Below, in pieces: positions 9,641 through 20,246 of a DNA stretch of 64,000 nt. Made by a program: the position numbers and the translations under genes. The notes beneath the pieces are model-generated. The model was given only the letters and a program-made list of their open reading frames with translations. It was not told the origin of the DNA and searched no databases. Positions within the stretch are counted from its first letter, which is position 1, and every line of letters begins with the position of its first letter. Origin of the DNA: an uncultured bacterium (GTDB lineage Bacteria > Verrucomicrobiota > Verrucomicrobiia > Verrucomicrobiales > DEV007); contig CAXBMO010000009.1 in the NCBI GenBank assembly GCA_963977015.1, forward strand, positions 128,001 through 192,000. The letters run 5' to 3'.

Positions 9641-10447
9641 ATGCCGGAGTTGGCAGAAGTCGAATTTTATCGAAAGCAGTGGGATTGTGGCATTGGGAAA
9701 GCCGTCGATCGCATCCACCTGAACGGAAGCGCGAGAATTTATCGGGACGCCAATCCTCGCAAGATCCGCAAAATGCTACCGGGCACGACCTTCCGAACTT
9801 CTGAAGCCCACGGCAAACAGATGCTGTTCGGATTCGAGCCGAATCTCTGGTTGGCCGCTCATTTGGGAATGACCGGAAAGCTCCTCGTCGCGGGCCCCGA
9901 GCACCAACCCGAGAAACACGATCATCTCGTGATTTATCAGCCCGATCATTCCCTGATCTTTCGTGATTCAAGGAAATTTGGCAGGATTCGATTCGATCAG
10001 GGCAAGGCGCCTCCTTCGTGGTGGACCGAGTTGCCTCCTCAACCGATATCACCAGAGTTCAGCCGTGACCGGGTCACTGCTTACCTTGCTCGCCACCCCA
10101 AGTCTGTCATCAAAGCCCTTCTTCTCGACCAGGGAGGTTTTCCTGGAATCGGTAATTGGATGGCGGACGAAGTGCTTTGGCGCATTCGGCTTCACCCCGC
10201 GACGCGCGGCCGTGATATTCCCCGATCCCAAGCTCATCTCCTGAGAGATGAAGTGCGGAAACTGAGCTTTGAAGCCCTTTCCATCATTGGAACGGACTGG
10301 AGCGATCCTCCAGATTCCTGGCTCTTCAACCATCGCTGGAAGGATGGCGGCGTTTGCCCGCGTCCCACGTGTAAAACGCCGCTGATCCGTGAAGATTTAA
10401 GGGGAAGAACCACTTGCTGGTGCCCCAAGTGCCAGATCGCAACCTGA
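9641..10447 (+). CDS. Fpg/Nei family DNA glycosylase/AP lyase
   Basis: N-terminal PELAEVE, HGK, HLGMTG, H2TH (LLDQ..FPGIGN..ADE) and a C-terminal zinc finger (CPRPTC...CPKCQ). Confidence 0.93.
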   Translation: MPELAEVEFYRKQWDCGIGKAVDRIHLNGSARIYRDANPRKIRKMLPGTTFRTSEAHGKQMLFGFEPNLWLAAHLGMTGKLLVAGPEHQPEKHDHLVIYQPDHSLIFRDSRKFGRIRFDQGKAPPSWWTELPPQPISPEFSRDRVTAYLARHPKSVIKALLLDQGGFPGIGNWMADEVLWRIRLHPATRGRDIPRSQAHLLRDEVRKLSFEALSIIGTDWSDPPDSWLFNHRWKDGGVCPRPTCKTPLIREDLRGRTTCWCPKCQIAT

Positions 10448-10468
10448 AGTGCGAAAAACGGCCCGGTC

Positions 10469-11494
10469 CTAACTGTATTTGCCCCGGTGCTCGGCACCAA
10501 ACCACCTCCACGCGCTCTCGACAATGTCATAGACATCCGTGTGCTCCGCTTTCCAGCCCAAGACACGTTCGGCAAGCTCTGGGTTGGCGACCAGCGTCGG
10601 AGCATCCCCGCCACGGCGCTCTCCATACTTCACCGGAACGGTTTTCCCGGTTACCTTCTCAGCGGCCTCGATCATCTCCTTCACGCTGAATCCCGTTCCC
10701 GTTCCCAAATTGCAACGCAATGACTCCCCTCCCCCAACGAGATACTTGAGAGCCTTGATGTGAGCCCTCGCCAGATCCAGCACGTGAATGAAATCCCGGA
10801 CGCAGGTTCCATCCGGCGTCTCATAATCCGTTCCAAAAACGCTGAAGGAGTCGGTTTCGCCATTGATCGCCATTAGGATGCGAGGGATCAGATGCGTCTC
10901 GGGTTGATGAGCTTCTCCAATCAGACCATCGGGAGACGACCCACTCGCATTGAAGAAACGAAGGCAAACGCTCTTCAAGCCGAAGGCCGTGTCGCAATCG
11001 GCCAGAATATCCTCGAGAAAGCTTTTGCTCGCCCCATACGGATTGATGGGGTGCTTGGTATGCGTCTCATCAATCGGCATGCTCTCGGGCTCGCCATAAA
11101 CTGCGGCAGTTGAGGACAGGATGAACTTGGCGCACCCGGCATCCTGCATGACCTCCAACAACGTCAGCGGGGCAGCTGTGTTGTTTCGATAGTATTTCAG
11201 CGGATCTTTCACCGATTCACCAACTTGGATAAATGCCGCAAAGTGAATCACCGCATCGATGGAATTCTTCTCAAAGATCGAGCGAACGACCTCTCTATCA
11301 GCCACATTTCCCTCAACCAACTCCACTTCCGGAGATACGATGGCCTGCTTGTAGCCCTCACTCAAATCATCCAACACGATCACCTTTTCAGCAATCTTCC
11401 GCTCGACCAGCATCCGCGTTGTATGGCTTCCAATGTAGCCAGCACCACCAGTCACCAGGAGTCCACGAAGGGGGCTTTGATCCGGATTCGACAT
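10469..11494 (-). CDS. galE: UDP-glucose 4-epimerase
   Basis: VTGGAGYIGSH, HFAA..VGES, YGASK, GTCVRDFIHV. Confidence 0.95.
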   Translation of the reverse strand: MSNPDQSPLRGLLVTGGAGYIGSHTTRMLVERKIAEKVIVLDDLSEGYKQAIVSPEVELVEGNVADREVVRSIFEKNSIDAVIHFAAFIQVGESVKDPLKYYRNNTAAPLTLLEVMQDAGCAKFILSSTAAVYGEPESMPIDETHTKHPINPYGASKSFLEDILADCDTAFGLKSVCLRFFNASGSSPDGLIGEAHQPETHLIPRILMAINGETDSFSVFGTDYETPDGTCVRDFIHVLDLARAHIKALKYLVGGGESLRCNLGTGTGFSVKEMIEAAEKVTGKTVPVKYGERRGGDAPTLVANPELAERVLGWKAEHTDVYDIVESAWRWFGAEHRGKYS

Positions 11495-11547
11495 TCGGGC
11501 TGTTACGCTGAGTTTGCCAAAAAATCCAGTCAGGCCTAGACTCTTTT

Positions 11548-12627
11548 ATGATCGCAAGACTGCTGCTGGTTTCTCTCCTCACAAGTTTCTCGTGGGCTCA
11601 GCAGACTCCGTTGCCGGACTTCAGCGTTCCTTCGGGAATGGTTCGGCGGGATTTCTCTCTCGGAATGGCCGACCTGACGCTGGTTGAACAGCTCTGCCAG
11701 GAAACCCTGTCCCCCGGGGGAAAATATCACGTTTTTAAAACGCAGCGAAAAATTCGGGTGATCGACAAGCCCGAGCACGTCGAGACCATTCGCCAGATGC
11801 TTCCGCATATCTCGCAAGCCGCACCGAACGTGAAAATCGAGTTCACTTCGCGCACGGTGGACAACTCCAGGCTCGCCGGTGGCCAGGTTCGCGGAGTAAT
11901 CAGAGGTGGCAATGGTAGAATTGCCGTTCAGGGCCAAAATCCGGGAACTCCCGGCGTTTTTGAGCGTTCCATCGGCGGAGGTGACCGCGGAGACATTTCC
12001 CGCCAGGTCACTCCCGGGGGCGTGACGGTCTTTGACTCCGGCGGCCGCGGCGCCATCGAGATTGACCTCATCAATCAAACGAATCGGGGAGCGGGACTCA
12101 ACAGCCAATTCATTTTGGTTCGAGCTGGCCGTGATGGATTCATCGAAACAGCGCGTGAGATCCCAATGATCGACTATTTTACCCGATTTATCGCCGACGG
12201 GAGTTTCGGTGGCGTCCTGGGAATCGATCCAAGGTTGGTCGGAAACAATCTACTTTTCCCACTCGGTGGAGGCCGTTTCGAAGTCCCCGAAATTCGCTGG
12301 GAAAAAGCCGGCAGTCGACTCCTCGTGCGCCCGACAATCGAAGGCGACCTGATTCATCTGGAGATCATGCCGCAAATCTCAGCCGTCGTCATCGTTGATC
12401 CCGAAGCGTTGCGGCGACGCGGATTAAACGACTACCTCACGGGTCGCGAGCAATACGTGACCTACACCAAGCTCAATACCAGTGTCACGGTTCGGAACGG
12501 TCAATCCGTCCAAATCGGCGGTTTCCAAAAGGCCACGCCGGAATTCAACCGCTTCTTCTTTGGCGGAACGCAATCTGGTGGCGTCAGCTCCGGAAACTTC
12601 ACGGTGCGAGCGACGATTCAGAAATAG
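11548..12627 (+). CDS. Exported short secretin-like protein
   Basis: Signal peptide, an N3-like segment (VIDKPEHVETIRQML...NVKIEF), a beta-rich C-terminus with RLLVRP and TSVTVRNGQSVQIGG as in secretin domains. Confidence 0.55.
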   Translation: MIARLLLVSLLTSFSWAQQTPLPDFSVPSGMVRRDFSLGMADLTLVEQLCQETLSPGGKYHVFKTQRKIRVIDKPEHVETIRQMLPHISQAAPNVKIEFTSRTVDNSRLAGGQVRGVIRGGNGRIAVQGQNPGTPGVFERSIGGGDRGDISRQVTPGGVTVFDSGGRGAIEIDLINQTNRGAGLNSQFILVRAGRDGFIETAREIPMIDYFTRFIADGSFGGVLGIDPRLVGNNLLFPLGGGRFEVPEIRWEKAGSRLLVRPTIEGDLIHLEIMPQISAVVIVDPEALRRRGLNDYLTGREQYVTYTKLNTSVTVRNGQSVQIGGFQKATPEFNRFFFGGTQSGGVSSGNFTVRATIQK

Positions 12628-12638
12628 TCTCTAACTCG

Positions 12639-14459
12639 TTACGCGGCCGACTTTCCTGCGCGCTTTCGTTCGTGCCGGCAAAGAATTTTCTTTCTCAAAC
12701 GCAGGCTCTTGGGCGTTGCTTCGACCAACTCGTCGGAAGCAATGTATTCGATCGCACGTTCCAGAGAAAAACGCTGTGGAGGAGAGAGCTGGATTCCTTT
12801 TCCATCGCCGCTGGAGCGGTGGTTGGTGACGTGCTTGGCCTTGGTCGGATTGACGGGAAGGTCGTCAGCACGTGGATTCTCGCCGATAATCATGCCTTCG
12901 TAGACTTCTTCGCCCGGGGCAATGAAGAGCTTCCCGCGACTTTCCAAGCTATCGAGACTGTAGGCCATTGAAGTGCCTTTCTCCATGCTGATCAGTGTTC
13001 CGGTATTTCGAGTCCGGATTTCGCCGGCAATCGGACCATACTCCTTGAACAGGTGGGACATGATGCCTTCTCCACTTGTGAGGTTGAGCAATTCGAATTC
13101 GAAGCCGATCAGACCACGGGTTGAAATCGTCGCCTCGATTGTGGTGCGCCCGTTCTTGGCTTCCATGTTATCCATCTGGCCGCGCCGATTTGCGAGCGAC
13201 TTCATGATCCCTCCCACAGCTTCGTCAGGAGCTTCAACATAGATTGTTTCGTAAGGTTCGCAGCGTCGTCCATCGACTTCGCGCTCGATGACCTGCGGTC
13301 TGGAAACCAGAACCTCATAGCCCTCCCGTCGCATTGATTCGACAAGAACGGCAACCTGCATCGCTCCACGAGCGCTGACCCGAAAAATTCCAGCCTCGTC
13401 GGTGTCCTCAACCTGGATGGAGACATTGGTTCGGGCTTCACGCAGCAAGCGATCGCGGATCTCACGCGACGTCACGCGATTGCCTTCCTTTCCTGCAAAT
13501 GGACCATCATTGATCGAGAATGCCATTTGCACCGTTGGCGGATCGATCTCAACAAATGGCAATGGTTCCGCGTCCTCTGACAACGCGAGCGTTTCGCCAA
13601 TATCGGTGTCTTCAAATCCGGAAAGACCAATAATGTTGCCAGCGATCCCGACCGTGGAATCCGTCGTCGCCAGGGCATTGTATTCAAAGACCTTGGTAAT
13701 CTTGGCCCGCTCCCGCGTTCCATCGACTTTCATACGCCAAATGTTGTCACCCAGCTTTACGCTTCCGCTCAGGACCTTGCCGATGGCAATACGACCGACA
13801 TAGTCACTCCAGTCGATATTGGAAACCAGCATCTTGAAATCCTCGTCCGGATTCGCATCTGGCGGAGGAATGACTTCCATGATGGCTTCCAACAACGGAA
13901 CCATCGTGTCTTGCTCGTCACCCAAATTTTGGACGGCAAATCCATTCTTCGCACTCCCGTAGAGAAACGGGGCATTGAACTGTTCATCATTCGCCTCCAA
14001 ATCCAGAAACAGCTCCAGCACCTTGTCATGGACGGCAACCGGGTCTGCGTTGGGACGATCGATCTTGTTGACGAAAATGATCGGCGTAAGTCCTTCCGCC
14101 AAAGCTTTCCGGAGAACAAATCGTGTCTGTGCCTGAGGCCCCTCGTAGGCATCAACCACCAACATGACTCCATCGACCATTTTCATCACCCGCTCGACCT
14201 CGCCCCCAAAATCAGCATGGCCGGGGGTATCGACGATGTTGATAATGTTCCCATTCCAGCGAACCGATGTGTTCTTCGCTTTAATGGTGATACCTCGCTC
14301 GCGTTCCTGATCCATCGAATCCATGGCTCGTTCTTCGACGACTTGGTTGTCTCGGAAAGCTCCGCCCTGGCGGAGAAGCTGGTCCACGAGAGTGGTCTTG
14401 CCATGATCAACGTGTGCGATGATGGCAATGTTGCGGATTTGGTCAGGAGTAGGCTGCAT
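12639..14459 (-). CDS. typA: Translational GTPase TypA/BipA
   Basis: [33 protein letters not shown], and a C-terminal [14 protein letters not shown]. Confidence 0.97.
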   Translation of the reverse strand: MQPTPDQIRNIAIIAHVDHGKTTLVDQLLRQGGAFRDNQVVEERAMDSMDQERERGITIKAKNTSVRWNGNIINIVDTPGHADFGGEVERVMKMVDGVMLVVDAYEGPQAQTRFVLRKALAEGLTPIIFVNKIDRPNADPVAVHDKVLELFLDLEANDEQFNAPFLYGSAKNGFAVQNLGDEQDTMVPLLEAIMEVIPPPDANPDEDFKMLVSNIDWSDYVGRIAIGKVLSGSVKLGDNIWRMKVDGTRERAKITKVFEYNALATTDSTVGIAGNIIGLSGFEDTDIGETLALSEDAEPLPFVEIDPPTVQMAFSINDGPFAGKEGNRVTSREIRDRLLREARTNVSIQVEDTDEAGIFRVSARGAMQVAVLVESMRREGYEVLVSRPQVIEREVDGRRCEPYETIYVEAPDEAVGGIMKSLANRRGQMDNMEAKNGRTTIEATISTRGLIGFEFELLNLTSGEGIMSHLFKEYGPIAGEIRTRNTGTLISMEKGTSMAYSLDSLESRGKLFIAPGEEVYEGMIIGENPRADDLPVNPTKAKHVTNHRSSGDGKGIQLSPPQRFSLERAIEYIASDELVEATPKSLRLRKKILCRHERKRAGKSAA

Positions 14460-14669
14460 AGCGGCCCTTAGGCGGGCGGCGGGGAATGAGCACGATTTTT
14501 GGCAATTTGCAAGTTCGGGGACAATTCCATTTCAGGAAGGAAGCAGAGATCCGTTCCGTTTTCGGCCCATCACCGGCTTCGTTAAGAGGCTAAAATCCGG
14601 AGCCTTGACCCTTTTGCGTTTTCTCTTCCGCCTAAGCGAGGCTGGGCCGTGAAGGCGAATTGGGCGGAC

Positions 14670-15500
14670 CTATTTATCAAAACGTAAATAGAAGTAGCGA
14701 AGATGCCCCTCCCGATGCAACCAACGAAGGGTTAGCGCAGAAGTTAGCATTGGATTTACTGGATCCTGATCTTCGCTGGTTCCCGGCGGAACCGTGAAAC
14801 GGTGCGTCGGCAACGTTGCCGAGGTGGCATCGTGAATCCCCATCAATTTCAACCCATTGCTGGATGCCATTTCCTGATAGTTCACGCGACTCTCCCATAT
14901 TTGAGGCCAGGGGCTGTATCCTTCCCGCAAGAGCTTCTCCACCATAAATCCCGGAACTCCGGAACCCGTAACGGTGTCGGCAACCAAAATGTCTGACACC
15001 ACCAGGCTCGCGCCCGGACACATGACGCGCGCAACTTCCTCAAAAAATCGTTCACGAGAGGAAAAATGGAACATCGCCTCAATGCAAAACACTCGCTCAA
15101 ATTGTTGCTCTTTGAAAGGCAGGCAACAGGCATCCGCGTTGACCCAACGGAACTCATTTCCGTTTGTTGATTTGATGCTCCGGCAAATGTCGAGCTGCCG
15201 GGAGTCGATGTTGATTCCCGCCAACAGCATCTCGGAGTAAATGGAATTGATTCGAGCCAGGTTTCCACCGAAGCCGCATCCCACGTCCAACACCCGTTGG
15301 CCATTTCCCAAATCTGCCATCTCCAGCAAAACAGCATTCAGCCGTGCCTGAGCCTTCTCGAATTCACCGGGAACCGGAGGCTGGCTGAGCGGCGGAGGGT
15401 TGTCCCAATGACCTAAATGTACGTGCCTGCCAGTTCCACCTTCATAAAACGCCTCGATCAGGTGATCAAAATAGGGAGGAACGGGAAGAGATGGGTTCAC
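14670..15500 (-). CDS. Class I SAM-dependent methyltransferase
   Basis: HVHLGHWD, VLDVGCGFGG, DACCLPF, IEAMFHF. Start moved to GTG at 15500, just after the upstream stop at 15505. Confidence 0.88.
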   Translation of the reverse strand: MNPSLPVPPYFDHLIEAFYEGGTGRHVHLGHWDNPPPLSQPPVPGEFEKAQARLNAVLLEMADLGNGQRVLDVGCGFGGNLARINSIYSEMLLAGINIDSRQLDICRSIKSTNGNEFRWVNADACCLPFKEQQFERVFCIEAMFHFSSRERFFEEVARVMCPGASLVVSDILVADTVTGSGVPGFMVEKLLREGYSPWPQIWESRVNYQEMASSNGLKLMGIHDATSATLPTHRFTVPPGTSEDQDPVNPMLTSALTLRWLHREGHLRYFYLRFDK

Positions 15501-15504
15501 CTGA

Positions 15505-16329
15505 CTAACCCCAGCAAAAAACTTGATCTCCGGCGCGGTTCTCAGCCAGAAAACTACAGAGCGTCCACCGCTTTCGGGTCCCTTCAATTTTACTGACTCG
15601 GTGGAGATAGCGCCCCGAGTCCAGCACAATCAAGGATCCGGGTTGCAACTGCAGTTTCACCGAAGGAATGGTCGAAAAATCAGGAGCTTGCCGGGAACGC
15701 GCGGGTTGAACCGAGTCACTTGAAACCGCATTCATTTGGTAGTCATAAACCTCCAAAAATCCGCCGCCAGTTGGACAGGATAAGGCCAGGACGAAAGACA
15801 TCATCGGAGGCCGGATCTGCGTGTGAAGTTGCGCAAACGAAGGACGATAAGCCTGCTCATTGTCGCAATGCGGGGGAATGAATCCACCTTGGTCATGAGC
15901 CCGGATGGTTGTAAACATATAGGACTGACCTGCCCGCGGCCCGGGTGGGGCGACAAATGGTTTTCCACGGTCCAATTTGGAAAGGAACGGCGCCAGGTAT
16001 TCAAAGACTCCCCAGGGTGAGGGAAACAGTTCGCCCAACTGCCGGTGAAATTTCTCCGTTTCCGCAAAATAACCCGGCAGTTGCTCCGGATTCGTCAGGT
16101 TCAAATTCATTCCGTAAAAGCAGGATCGGAACTTTTCCGGAAACCAGGTCTGAACAAACGGAGGATCATGGCGCTCCAGCCGCGCCACAACTTCACTCAG
16201 GATTTCTGAAGGGTAGAGATTGTGAACCAGAACGCCTTGAAGTTCTCGTCGCCTTATCTGATCAAAAACGTCAGAGTGCGATTCCACCTCCGAAGCTTCG
16301 ATTTCAGCTAGCTCAAAAAAATGTGCCAT
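15505..16329 (-). CDS. 2-oxoglutarate/Fe(II)-dependent oxygenase
   Basis: H-x-D (PHCDN), GGFL, distal H and R (YLHRVSKIEGTRKRWT). Confidence 0.8.
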   Translation of the reverse strand: MAHFFELAEIEASEVESHSDVFDQIRRRELQGVLVHNLYPSEILSEVVARLERHDPPFVQTWFPEKFRSCFYGMNLNLTNPEQLPGYFAETEKFHRQLGELFPSPWGVFEYLAPFLSKLDRGKPFVAPPGPRAGQSYMFTTIRAHDQGGFIPPHCDNEQAYRPSFAQLHTQIRPPMMSFVLALSCPTGGGFLEVYDYQMNAVSSDSVQPARSRQAPDFSTIPSVKLQLQPGSLIVLDSGRYLHRVSKIEGTRKRWTLCSFLAENRAGDQVFCWG

Positions 16330-16361
16330 GGCTCATACGGAAGAACTCCCCGTATCCAGAA

Positions 16362-17585
16362 TTACGGCTTGGAACCAACTCCCAACGACTCAATCAACGA
16401 TTCGCCACCTTCGGGAGCCCGGAACGTTCCGACGGTCTCCTTGATACTGTCTCGATAGTCCGAGGACTCTTCCATCAGCTGGTGATGAGCTTCCTTCAGA
16501 TTGTAGTGGGGAATATTGGGATAGATGTGGTGGATCAGGTGAAAATCGTTTCCATAACCAAGAACAGCCCACCTCGTAAACGGATCCGCGATAATGATTC
16601 GTGAATTGTTGAGCCGGTCGGTCCCCAAGTTGGCATGCTGATAAACCTCCCGTAACAGCATCAGATAGGGAAAGACATAAATGAGCGGAAGCAGCCAGAA
16701 ACCAAAATAGAACGGAGCCAGATCAAAGTTTCCAAAATGCCGAATCCAACTGATGGTCACAAACGCCACCGCGTAGAAGGAGACACGTAGCAGGCCACTC
16801 AACTTGGGATCGTAGCTTAACTTTGAAGATGATGTCCGGAAATGTTGCCCCGGGATCACCAACCAAATTGCGACACCAACCAAGTAAACCGCAATGGGTC
16901 CACCAATCACAAAACGTGGATTTCCCGTCGCTTCGAAGGCGTAAATCAACCCCACCATCGTGAAGAGGAACACGATTCCGAGCTTCGTTGGAGACAGGAA
17001 AAACGGAAGATTCTTCGGCTTCTCCGCACCGACCGACAAGACATGGAACAGATCAGCCAAGTTCCGGAAGACGAATGGTGGCCAGAAAAACTTGGCATAG
17101 TAGTTCCAAATAAACGAAGGCCGCGGCATCGGGAATTTGGAAAAGATGAGTTCGTCCTTGGTCCCCGCAAAGTTGGGGTCCTTATCCGGATCATTGGGGT
17201 GTAAATGATGCCCCAAGTGTTTGGCCCGGTAGCTCAAGAGGCTGCTCCAAAGCGGAAAGAAGCAGATGAGGTTTGCCAGAATGTCGTTCGCTCGCCGATT
17301 GGGCAATAGCATGTGATGAGAAGACTCATGCCCCATCAAACCGATACGATGCATGAGACATCCGGTCAGGATGACAAAGGGAGCACCAATCGGAATTGAC
17401 CACAGCACGCGCTCCCTCCCCGTAAGTCCCCAATCATCAAGATGGGTCAGGATGAATATGCCGGTAGCCTGCACAAAAATCATGCACAACCAATCGATTG
17501 AGATTCCTAGCAAATTGCGGAGAGGACGAACTTTCGCCCAATTACGCAGCCTGACAGAATCCATGAGCTGGACTGTCTTAGTCAC
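16362..17585 (-). CDS. Membrane fatty-acid desaturase family protein
   Basis: Three His boxes (HESSH, HLGHH, HLIHH) and multiple TM segments. Confidence 0.88.
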   Translation of the reverse strand: MTKTVQLMDSVRLRNWAKVRPLRNLLGISIDWLCMIFVQATGIFILTHLDDWGLTGRERVLWSIPIGAPFVILTGCLMHRIGLMGHESSHHMLLPNRRANDILANLICFFPLWSSLLSYRAKHLGHHLHPNDPDKDPNFAGTKDELIFSKFPMPRPSFIWNYYAKFFWPPFVFRNLADLFHVLSVGAEKPKNLPFFLSPTKLGIVFLFTMVGLIYAFEATGNPRFVIGGPIAVYLVGVAIWLVIPGQHFRTSSSKLSYDPKLSGLLRVSFYAVAFVTISWIRHFGNFDLAPFYFGFWLLPLIYVFPYLMLLREVYQHANLGTDRLNNSRIIIADPFTRWAVLGYGNDFHLIHHIYPNIPHYNLKEAHHQLMEESSDYRDSIKETVGTFRAPEGGESLIESLGVGSKP

Positions 17586-17756
17586 AAAAAAGAGTTGAGG
17601 AGAAGCTGAGGGTAATTGTTAACAGAACCAAAAAACCAAGCATAGTGCAAGGTTAATCTTAGTCCTGTAAAACCGTCGAGATCTTACTGCGACTTTGCTT
17701 GAAACGGCTAGCAAAATCGTGGCATTTTTTTCACATACCGACCGGAAATCCACCAC

Positions 17757-18926
17757 TCAAACCACCTCGATTCCCTCGGGAATTTCGTAAGGCCACTCCT
17801 TGAGCGCAAATTCCCAGTCTTTCTGGATTCGGTCCACCTGACACTGAGTGAGTTGGTGCACATTGCGCTTGTAGGTCTTTTTCTTTTCCGCGTAGGGAGA
17901 AATGGCCTCCAAGCCTGGCTTTTTGTTAGGAATCCTTAATTGATCAAAGAGCCTTTCAATCTCACCCATCGGATCTTCGGTGATTTTTTCATAGGTCGTC
18001 TCGGCCATATCGGTATCAGGAACTTTTCTCCTCTGATCGAGATACGCACCAATCAGTCGCCGATATTTGTAGAAGACCATCTCTTCAAAATCGACGTCTT
18101 CGAAATCCTGCCAGGCAAACACATTCATCAGCCTGAAGTAGCGATTCATGCTGGATGCAAAAACTTCGTAAGGATTGCGGTGGATGTAGATAAAACGCGC
18201 GCCCGGGAACAACTCTTTTAACAACGTGATCCGAGCCGTGGAAGGCGGATTCTTGAACAGCAACTGCTTCCCGTTGTATGCCAGACTGAGCTTCTTCGCC
18301 AAGGTTTGATAAGCGTGGCAAAACCCTGCGGCTTCCTCTTCCGTTGTCCCATTCAGGAACACGGAGCGCTCAAAGTGCTGCTTCATGTTCTGCGGAAAGT
18401 AATACACGCTGTAGTAGCCAAGCGGGTTGAGGCTTCCCAACGCCATTTCCTCCTCCTGCGGTTCCTCAATGGCCAACTCCACGTTGTCATACCCCCGCTT
18501 TTTCGGCAACGCTTTGGAAATAAAATGGCGCCCCAATTTGTTATGGCTCAAGAGGTTGTGAGGCATCGCCGTTTGCCCAAAATCGAGAAACGCAAACTGG
18601 GGATCACGGCTCAAGAGGTTGTGCAAGTGGGTCGTGCCGCTACGCCAATGCCCAACAATAAAGATCGGGTCGTTGGGTAACTTGTAGTCCCGAATTCGCG
18701 CTTTCCAGTTCAAGTTCTCCAGCGCCGTAAACGGCTGGCGCAACCCGACGACAGCCGTCGCCAGAATTCGCTGCTTCAGGCTGCGCTCACTAAATTGGGA
18801 GTTGAAACGCAAGTGAGAAAGATAGGTATCGAGATCGCAACCCGCCAAAGGATGCAGCAGAGGCGCACGATCCGTCATCGCTCTCTGAACATCCCATTTT
18901 GTGCTACTTCCGGAATTGGAACTCAT
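17757..18926 (-). CDS. PAPS-dependent sulfotransferase
   Basis: 5'-PSB loop GHWRSGTTHL, KNP, and 3'-PB motif HRNPYEVFAS. Confidence 0.9.
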   Translation of the reverse strand: MSSNSGSSTKWDVQRAMTDRAPLLHPLAGCDLDTYLSHLRFNSQFSERSLKQRILATAVVGLRQPFTALENLNWKARIRDYKLPNDPIFIVGHWRSGTTHLHNLLSRDPQFAFLDFGQTAMPHNLLSHNKLGRHFISKALPKKRGYDNVELAIEEPQEEEMALGSLNPLGYYSVYYFPQNMKQHFERSVFLNGTTEEEAAGFCHAYQTLAKKLSLAYNGKQLLFKNPPSTARITLLKELFPGARFIYIHRNPYEVFASSMNRYFRLMNVFAWQDFEDVDFEEMVFYKYRRLIGAYLDQRRKVPDTDMAETTYEKITEDPMGEIERLFDQLRIPNKKPGLEAISPYAEKKKTYKRNVHQLTQCQVDRIQKDWEFALKEWPYEIPEGIEVV

Positions 18927-19048
18927 ATTCGTAAGGCTTCGCCCCTCCCATCATCCGGATCAAAAGAAAATTCCGCATTCCCCTCACATTCGTCAGGAAT
19001 CGACCTTCTCCTGAGTTGTGATTTCGACGGTCAGTTGGAAGCTAGGTC

Positions 19049-20239
19049 ATGAAACCCCACCTTGCCTTTGTTTTGCTTACGCTTGTCACCGCTCAGGGAG
19101 AGCCGTGGAAACGTCACACCATTGACGCGTTTGAACCGGAAGCGGGCAAGAAAGGGGCCGATGGCGTTCGTCTCGCAGATGCGAACGGCGATGGTTTGCC
19201 GGATATCGCGACGGGTTGGGAGCAGGGAGGCGCCGTTCGCATATGCCTCAATCCCGGCCCGGACGCCGCCACAACGATCTGGCCGGCCTTCACGGTGGGA
19301 AACGTCAAAGGCGTTGAAGATGCGGTCTTTGCCGATCTCGATGCGGATGGAAACGTCGATGTCGTTTCCTGCGCGGAAGGCCGCGTCAACAGCGTCTTCA
19401 TCCATTGGGCCCCCGCTCCGCCCATCGATCCCAAACTGGGAAACTGGCCAACCGAAGCCATTCCCGCGACGGCCAAAAGGCGTTGGATGTTTGCCCTGCC
19501 GATGGACGTGAATCTAGACGGCAAACTCGACATCGTGGTCGGCTCGAAGAAAGGAAATGCGATCGTGGGTTGGCTGGAACAACCTGCCGATGCCCGGGAT
19601 CTCAAAACCTGGAACCTCCATCCCATGACTCAGGCCGGCTGGATCATGTCCCTGCGAAATCTGGATGTGGATGGAGATGGTGATGAAGACATTGTCTTCA
19701 GCGACCGTTATGAGGATGATTGCGGCGTTTTTTGGATCGAAAATCCGGGGCCGGAATCCTTGCAAATTCGCGAAACGTGGCCCCGCCACTTGATTGGAGG
19801 CGCCGGGCGTCAGGTGATGTTTCTGACGGCCGGTGAATTAAACGGTGAAGGCCGTCCGGAAATCGTCTGCGCGACGCTTGAAGGCGATTTGCTGGTGTTT
19901 GAGCAACTGGAGGATGGTTGGAAGGAATCGGTCTTGCCCCTCCCCTTTGGACTCACCGCTGGGAAAGGCGTCGCCATTGCCGATGTAAACCTGGATGGTC
20001 GAGCCGATCTGATCACCACGTCGGAAGCTCAGCGTGAAAAACCGGGCATGGTGTCCGTTGCCTGGATGGAGCAGAACGAGGACGGCACCTGGAGTGATCA
20101 TCGAATCAGCGATGAAAAAGGCCGGAAATTCGATCGGATCGAGATGCTGGACCTCGATGGAGACGGCGATCTCGATTTGATCACCTGTGAGGAGGTCCAC
20201 AACCTCGGCGTATTCTGGTACGAGAACCCGCTGAAGTAA
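19049..20239 (+). CDS. Secreted FG-GAP/VCBS repeat protein
   Basis: Signal peptide; repeated DxNGDGxxD motifs (DANGDGLPD, DLDADGNVD, DVDGDGDED, DLDGDGDLD); ends WYENP. Confidence 0.88.
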   Translation: MKPHLAFVLLTLVTAQGEPWKRHTIDAFEPEAGKKGADGVRLADANGDGLPDIATGWEQGGAVRICLNPGPDAATTIWPAFTVGNVKGVEDAVFADLDADGNVDVVSCAEGRVNSVFIHWAPAPPIDPKLGNWPTEAIPATAKRRWMFALPMDVNLDGKLDIVVGSKKGNAIVGWLEQPADARDLKTWNLHPMTQAGWIMSLRNLDVDGDGDEDIVFSDRYEDDCGVFWIENPGPESLQIRETWPRHLIGGAGRQVMFLTAGELNGEGRPEIVCATLEGDLLVFEQLEDGWKESVLPLPFGLTAGKGVAIADVNLDGRADLITTSEAQREKPGMVSVAWMEQNEDGTWSDHRISDEKGRKFDRIEMLDLDGDGDLDLITCEEVHNLGVFWYENPLK

Positions 20240-20246
20240 CCCCGAG

